Part shown: positions 22,756-26,495 of the stretch, in pieces
How positions within the stretch are numbered: the stretch's first letter is position 1
Layout: each line of letters starts with the position of its first letter
Assembly: GCA_934647235.1 (NCBI GenBank)
Contig: CAKUFG010000031.1
Span: 1 to 26,495 of the forward strand
From: an uncultured Clostridia bacterium
GTDB lineage: Bacteria; Bacillota; Clostridia; Christensenellales; Aristaeellaceae
DNA length: 26,495 bases
Direction of reading: 5' to 3'
The notes under the pieces: generated by a model
Seen by the model: the letters and a program-made list of their open reading frames with translations, nothing else
What the model was told of the DNA's origin: nothing
Database searches by the model: none
Translations under genes and position numbers: made by a program

Positions 22756-23652
22756 ATGCATCTGCCGTTTTCGCCCTATATCCGCGTTGCATGGTACAGC
22801 ACGCTCAAGCCGCACACCACCATCGGCCCCAGGCATATTTTTGATTACGAGCTGCTCTACATCAAGGAAGGCACGCCGGTGGTGACCATTGAGGACCAGG
22901 TATACAATGCCGTGCCGGGCGACGCTTTTCTCATCCGCCCGCGCCAGCTGCACACCATTTTCTGCCCCAACGATTATCCCGTCATCCAGCCGCATGTGCA
23001 CTTTGACCTGTACTGCCGCGACGACCGCGACAAGCTCTATACCTCTTTTCTGACGGAATCCAGTCTGCCGCCGGAGGATCGCGCGCTTTTCCGGGAGGAT
23101 GCTCTGAAGGACGCTTATCCTCAGCTGCCGCCCTGCGTCAGCTTCAAAAACAGCCCGGTTTTCGAGGGGTTTCTGTTCGATCTGATCGACGAGGCCGCGC
23201 ATCCCTCCCTGCATTCGGATCTCCGGATGGAGTGGCTGTTTCTGCGGCTGCTGGATCTTTTTATCTCCCAGGCCAGCTACGGCTGGCAGATGAAAAGCCT
23301 GTCCAAGGCCGAAAGCACCGCCTCGCGCATCAAACTGTATCTGGATAACAATGTCTCCGCCCGCATCACGCTGGACGAGCTGGCCGACACGCTGCACCTG
23401 GATAAATCCTATCTTGTCAGCCTGTTCAAGCGCCGCTACGGCCAGACGCCCATCGCCTACCACCAGAGGCTGCGGGTTGAAAAGGCGCGGGATATGCTGG
23501 TTTATACCAACCTGTCTGTCACGCAGATCGCCCAGGCGACCGGGTTTTCCTCCATATACGATTTTGACAGGGTGTTCCGCAGGCTGCTGCACGCAGCGCC
23601 CTCCGCATTCCGCATGCGTCAGCAGGATGCGGCGCAGGACGCTTCGCCCTGA
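22756..23652 (+). CDS. AraC-family transcriptional regulator (cupin sensor plus HTH_18)
   Basis: The N-terminus is cupin-like (FDYELLYIKEG, GDAFLIRP). The C-terminus is AraC-type (LDELADTLHLDKSYLVSLFKRRYGQTP, TQIAQATGFSSIYDFDRVFRR). It is divergent from the GH172 operon. Confidence 0.9.
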   Translation: MHLPFSPYIRVAWYSTLKPHTTIGPRHIFDYELLYIKEGTPVVTIEDQVYNAVPGDAFLIRPRQLHTIFCPNDYPVIQPHVHFDLYCRDDRDKLYTSFLTESSLPPEDRALFREDALKDAYPQLPPCVSFKNSPVFEGFLFDLIDEAAHPSLHSDLRMEWLFLRLLDLFISQASYGWQMKSLSKAESTASRIKLYLDNNVSARITLDELADTLHLDKSYLVSLFKRRYGQTPIAYHQRLRVEKARDMLVYTNLSVTQIAQATGFSSIYDFDRVFRRLLHAAPSAFRMRQQDAAQDASP

Positions 23653-23673
23653 CGCGGCACGCCACGCAAAAAA

Positions 23674-23704
23674 AGCCGGGCTGAATACGCGCTGCAGCCC
23701 GGCT
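23674..23704. terminator. Bidirectional terminator between the AraC gene and spo0A
   Basis: A 10-bp stem AGCCGGGCTG/CAGCCCGGCT is preceded by AAAAAAA and followed by TTT. Confidence 0.75.
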
Positions 23705-23732
23705 TTCATGCGATCTGTTATTCTGTTTATTC

Positions 23733-24512
23733 TCAGGCGGTATGCTGCTTTTCCATGCCCAGCTTATCGGCAATCAGCGCGATAAACTCGCCGTTGGTGG
23801 GCTTATCCTCCGGAATGGCCACGCGGCAGCCGAACGCGCGGTTCAGCGATTCCACGCGCCCGCGGCTCCAGGCCACCTCGATGGCGTGGCGGATGGCGCG
23901 CTCCACCTTGCTGGGGCTGGTGGCATAGCGCCGGGCGATGCTGGGGTACAGCTCCTTGGTGATACGGTTGATGCGGTCAGGCTGCTCGATAACCAGGCGC
24001 ACGCCCTCGCGCAGAAACTGATAGCCCTTGATATGCGCCGGGATGCCCAGCGACAGAAAGATATTGCTCATGCGGTCGTCCACATTAGGCACCACCGCCT
24101 GCTGCACCTCGGGCGGATCCTCGCAGATACCCTCCATCTGCCGGGCGGTATCGCGGATGCGGTCCATCAGCTGACGCATTTCCACGGGCTTGACCATGTA
24201 GTAGGTAACGCCGAACCGCAGCGCGCGGGCGATAAAATCCTCGCGTCCCAGCGCGGTCAGGGCAATCACACGCGGACGCTGCTCCAGGGGAATCCGCTGC
24301 AATTGCTCCAGCACGCCGAAGCCGTCCAGCTGCGGCATGATCATATCCAGTATCATCACGTCCGTGGGACACTCGGACAGCCGCTGCAGCGCCTCCACGC
24401 CGTTGGCCGCCTCGCCGGAAATGACCATATCCTCTTGCGTTTCCAGATATCTGTGAAGCGCCGCACGTATTTCGTCATTATCGTCCGTAAGGAATATGCG
24501 AATCTTTTCCAT
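23733..24512 (-). CDS. spo0A: Sporulation master regulator Spo0A
   Basis: GGAGGG RBS before ATG 24512. A receiver domain (FLTDDNDEIR, DVMILDMIMPQLDG) is followed by the diagnostic Spo0A C-terminal helix SKVERAIRHAIEVAW. Confidence 0.95.
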   Translation of the reverse strand: MEKIRIFLTDDNDEIRAALHRYLETQEDMVISGEAANGVEALQRLSECPTDVMILDMIMPQLDGFGVLEQLQRIPLEQRPRVIALTALGREDFIARALRFGVTYYMVKPVEMRQLMDRIRDTARQMEGICEDPPEVQQAVVPNVDDRMSNIFLSLGIPAHIKGYQFLREGVRLVIEQPDRINRITKELYPSIARRYATSPSKVERAIRHAIEVAWSRGRVESLNRAFGCRVAIPEDKPTNGEFIALIADKLGMEKQHTA

Positions 24513-24602
24513 CCTGTCCCTCCGATAATCTCCCGGAACTGCACGCAAATAAATATTACAGAATCATTCATATTTATGCTACATATCCGGTTTCTAGCAC
24601 GG

Positions 24603-24630
24603 AGTATAGCGAAAAAGCACCATTTTGCAA
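24603..24630 (-). promoter_or_regulatory. Candidate sigma-A-type promoter of spo0A
   Basis: On the minus strand: TTGCAA (24625-24630), 16-nt spacer, TATACT (24603-24608). A 0A-box-like TGTCGAT lies on the coding strand at 24659-24665. Confidence 0.45.
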
Positions 24631-24691
24631 ATGCAATCTGTACAGGCAGAAGCATATTATCGACAATAATTTCCAATTCGCAAAGTTCGCA

Positions 24692-25171
24692 TTATGTCAT
24701 CTCATAGGCGATCCTGGGCGAGCCGCCGCGCACGTAAATAACGCCCCGGCGGGTGAAGCCGCACTGGAGGATCAGATGCTGCATGATGCGGTTGTCCGCA
24801 TGGGTATCGATGCGCAGATGTGGAATCTGGTTTCGACAAAACTCCACAATTTGTTTCATTATTCCATGAACAGTGCCGTTGCTGGCAGCTCTGTGGATCG
24901 TGCCGTAGGGCGCATCGGACAGCCATGCGCCGTCGTCTATCACTGCGTAGGTTGGATCCTCGCCGATGATAAAGACAAACACACCGCAGGCCGCGCCGTC
25001 TTGTTCGATCATATAAAGCTGTTTTTGGGCGATATCGTCCCGGATCAGCGCTTCTTGCGGATATCCGTCCGCCCATTGGCTGACATTTCCGGTTTTAACC
25101 ATAAAATTGCGCGCGTATGCATAAATATCCATAATTACAGGCAGGTCCTGCATCGTGGCTTTCCGGATCAT
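24692..25171 (-). CDS. GNAT-family N-acetyltransferase
   Basis: AAGGAGA RBS. The 159-aa protein has a typical GNAT layout (ATMQDLPVIMDIY, GVFVFIIGEDP, acetyl-CoA loop region HGIMKQIVEF, LILQCGF). Confidence 0.8.
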   Translation of the reverse strand: MIRKATMQDLPVIMDIYAYARNFMVKTGNVSQWADGYPQEALIRDDIAQKQLYMIEQDGAACGVFVFIIGEDPTYAVIDDGAWLSDAPYGTIHRAASNGTVHGIMKQIVEFCRNQIPHLRIDTHADNRIMQHLILQCGFTRRGVIYVRGGSPRIAYEMT

Positions 25172-25196
25172 TGCTTTCGTCTCCTTAAAAACATCC

Positions 25197-25224
25197 GGGC
25201 GGAAGGGAACATTCCCCTCCGCCC
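25197..25224 (-). terminator. Hairpin/terminator after the decarboxylase genes
   Basis: Stem GGGCGGA.GGGAA/TTCCC.TCCGCCC. On the minus strand TGTTTTTA follows it, just before the GNAT RBS. Confidence 0.55.
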
Positions 25225-25231
25225 GCAGCGA

Positions 25232-25360
25232 TTACTTTTTATCAATCAGCCGCAGCAGGTACACCGACAGCACCAGCACGCCGATAACGGCGAAGATGCC
25301 CAGCATGCCCAGGCCCATGTAGCGCAGGTTCCGCGTGAACGCATGAAAATTGATCTGCAT
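25232..25360 (-). CDS. 42-aa single-TM protein, OadG-like small subunit of the Na+-translocating decarboxylase (absent from the ORF track)
   Basis: ATG 25360 lies 7 nt after AAAGGAGG and 14 nt downstream of the beta-subunit stop. It translates to MQINFHAFTRNLRYMGLGMLGIFAVIGVLVLSVYLLRLIDKK. The GLGMLGIF..V.VL pattern resembles OadG-family anchors. Confidence 0.55.
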   Translation of the reverse strand: MQINFHAFTRNLRYMGLGMLGIFAVIGVLVLSVYLLRLIDKK

Positions 25361-25373
25361 GGCAATGCCTCCT

Positions 25374-26495
25374 TTAATGCAGGAAGAAGTTGAGGATCAG
25401 GCCGCCGGCGATGACCGAGGCGATCTGGCCGGATACGTTGACGCCGATGGAGTGCATCAGCAGGAAATTGGAGGGATCCTCCTTGAGCCCCATCTTGTGC
25501 ACAATGCGGCCCGACATGGGGAAGGCCGAGATGCCCGCCGCGCCGATCATGGGGTTGATCTTTTCCTTGAGGAAGAGGTTGAGGAACTTGGCAAACAGCA
25601 CGCCACCGGCGGTATCCATGATGAACGCCACCAGGCCCAGCCCCAGGATCAGCAGGGTATCGGGACGCAGGAACTGTTCGGCCTTCATCTGGCAGGCGAT
25701 GGTGATGCCCAGCAGGATGGTGATCAGGTTGGCCAGCACATGCTGGGCGGTGTCGGACAGGGAGTCGAGCACGCCGCACTCGCGGATGAGGTTGCCGAAC
25801 ATCAGGAAGCCCACCAGCGCCACCGACGCGGGCGCAACCAGTCCGGCCACCACAGTGGTCAGGATGGGGAAGAGAATGCGCGTGGTTTTGGACACGTTAT
25901 GCTCGTGATAGGGCATGCGGATCATGCGCTCTTTCTTGGTGGTCAGCAGGCGGATGACGGGCGGCTGGATGACGGGCACCAGCGCCATATACGAATAGGC
26001 GGACACCATGATTGCGCCCAGGTACTTGCTGCCCAGCTTCTGCGCCACGGCGATGGCGGTGGGGCCATCGGCCGCGCCGATGATGGCGATGGAGGCGGCG
26101 TCGTTGATATCAAAGAACATCGAGGCCACGCACAGGGTGAAGAAGATGCCAAACTGCGCGGCCGCGCCGAAGATCATGAGCTTGGGGTTGGACAGCAGGG
26201 GGCCAAAGTCGATCATCGCGCCGATGCCGATGAACAGCAGCAGCGGGAACAGCTCATTGGCGATGCCCGCGTCAAACAGCACGCTCAGCGCGCCCTGCTC
26301 GGTGACGCCGTTGATCACCTGCGTGACCGCGCCCGAGAAGGGCAGGTTGACCAGGATGGCGCCAAACCCCAGCGGCAGCAGCAGGGTAGGCTCCATATCC
26401 TTGGCGATGGCCAGGTAGATCAGCAGCGCGCCGATGCCCCACATGACCACCTGCTGCCATTGCAGGTTGAGTACGTTTGAAAACAGTGCTTCCAT
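25374..26495 (-). CDS. Sodium ion-translocating decarboxylase, beta subunit (OadB/GcdB/MmdB family)
   Basis: A polytopic membrane protein with family motifs (LLLPLGFGAILVN, GIGAMIDFGPL, AIIGAADGPT, IGAAGISAFPMSGR). The ATG sits exactly at the window edge. Substrate specificity cannot be assigned without the partner subunits. Confidence 0.9.
   Translation of the reverse strand: MEALFSNVLNLQWQQVVMWGIGALLIYLAIAKDMEPTLLLPLGFGAILVNLPFSGAVTQVINGVTEQGALSVLFDAGIANELFPLLLFIGIGAMIDFGPLLSNPKLMIFGAAAQFGIFFTLCVASMFFDINDAASIAIIGAADGPTAIAVAQKLGSKYLGAIMVSAYSYMALVPVIQPPVIRLLTTKKERMIRMPYHEHNVSKTTRILFPILTTVVAGLVAPASVALVGFLMFGNLIRECGVLDSLSDTAQHVLANLITILLGITIACQMKAEQFLRPDTLLILGLGLVAFIMDTAGGVLFAKFLNLFLKEKINPMIGAAGISAFPMSGRIVHKMGLKEDPSNFLLMHSIGVNVSGQIASVIAGGLILNFFLH

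Overview
The window is a visibly GC-rich chromosomal segment with strong G/C third-position bias. It carries spo0A, so it comes from an endospore-lineage Firmicute, most plausibly a high-GC member of the Clostridia (taxon not determinable here). All calls come from reading the sequence and recalling family motifs; no searches were run.

Contents in order:
1. A hairpin-rich repeat array (1-500).
2. A head-less siphovirus-type tail cassette (514-5970): tail terminator, major tail protein, chaperone, a 139-aa tape-measure-position protein, a small Dit-position protein, a 969-aa Tal/fibre protein and a holin, with no endolysin. A Cro-like HTH gene and a DUF1492-like regulator follow it (6209-6917).
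3. gpmI.
4. A second repeat array (8598-9300).
5. An Fe-S aldo/keto reductase and a flotillin, transcribed divergently.
6. A third repeat array (12293-13235).
7. A housekeeping run: zinc-ribbon membrane protein, alpha/beta hydrolase, S58/DmpA peptidase, acpS, nnr and a glutaminase-A-like DUF4965 protein.
8. An AraC-controlled minus-strand operon: GH172 (DUF2961), ribokinase-family kinase and a SIS-only KpsF/GutQ-like isomerase.
9. spo0A, a GNAT, an untracked 42-aa OadG-like ORF and the Na+-decarboxylase beta subunit.

The three most unusual signals:
a. The three mosaic, BIME-like arrays of palindromic modules. They include a ~330-440 bp composite element in three copies with compensatory stem substitutions, and one copy has another module nested inside its terminal hairpin loop.
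b. The tail-only cassette with a drastically short tape-measure candidate.
c. The GH172-kinase-isomerase operon, which suggests a D-arabinofuranoside to arabinose-5-P to ribulose-5-P route.

Many long ORFs in the track are antisense or off-frame shadows of real genes in GC-rich DNA and are rejected.
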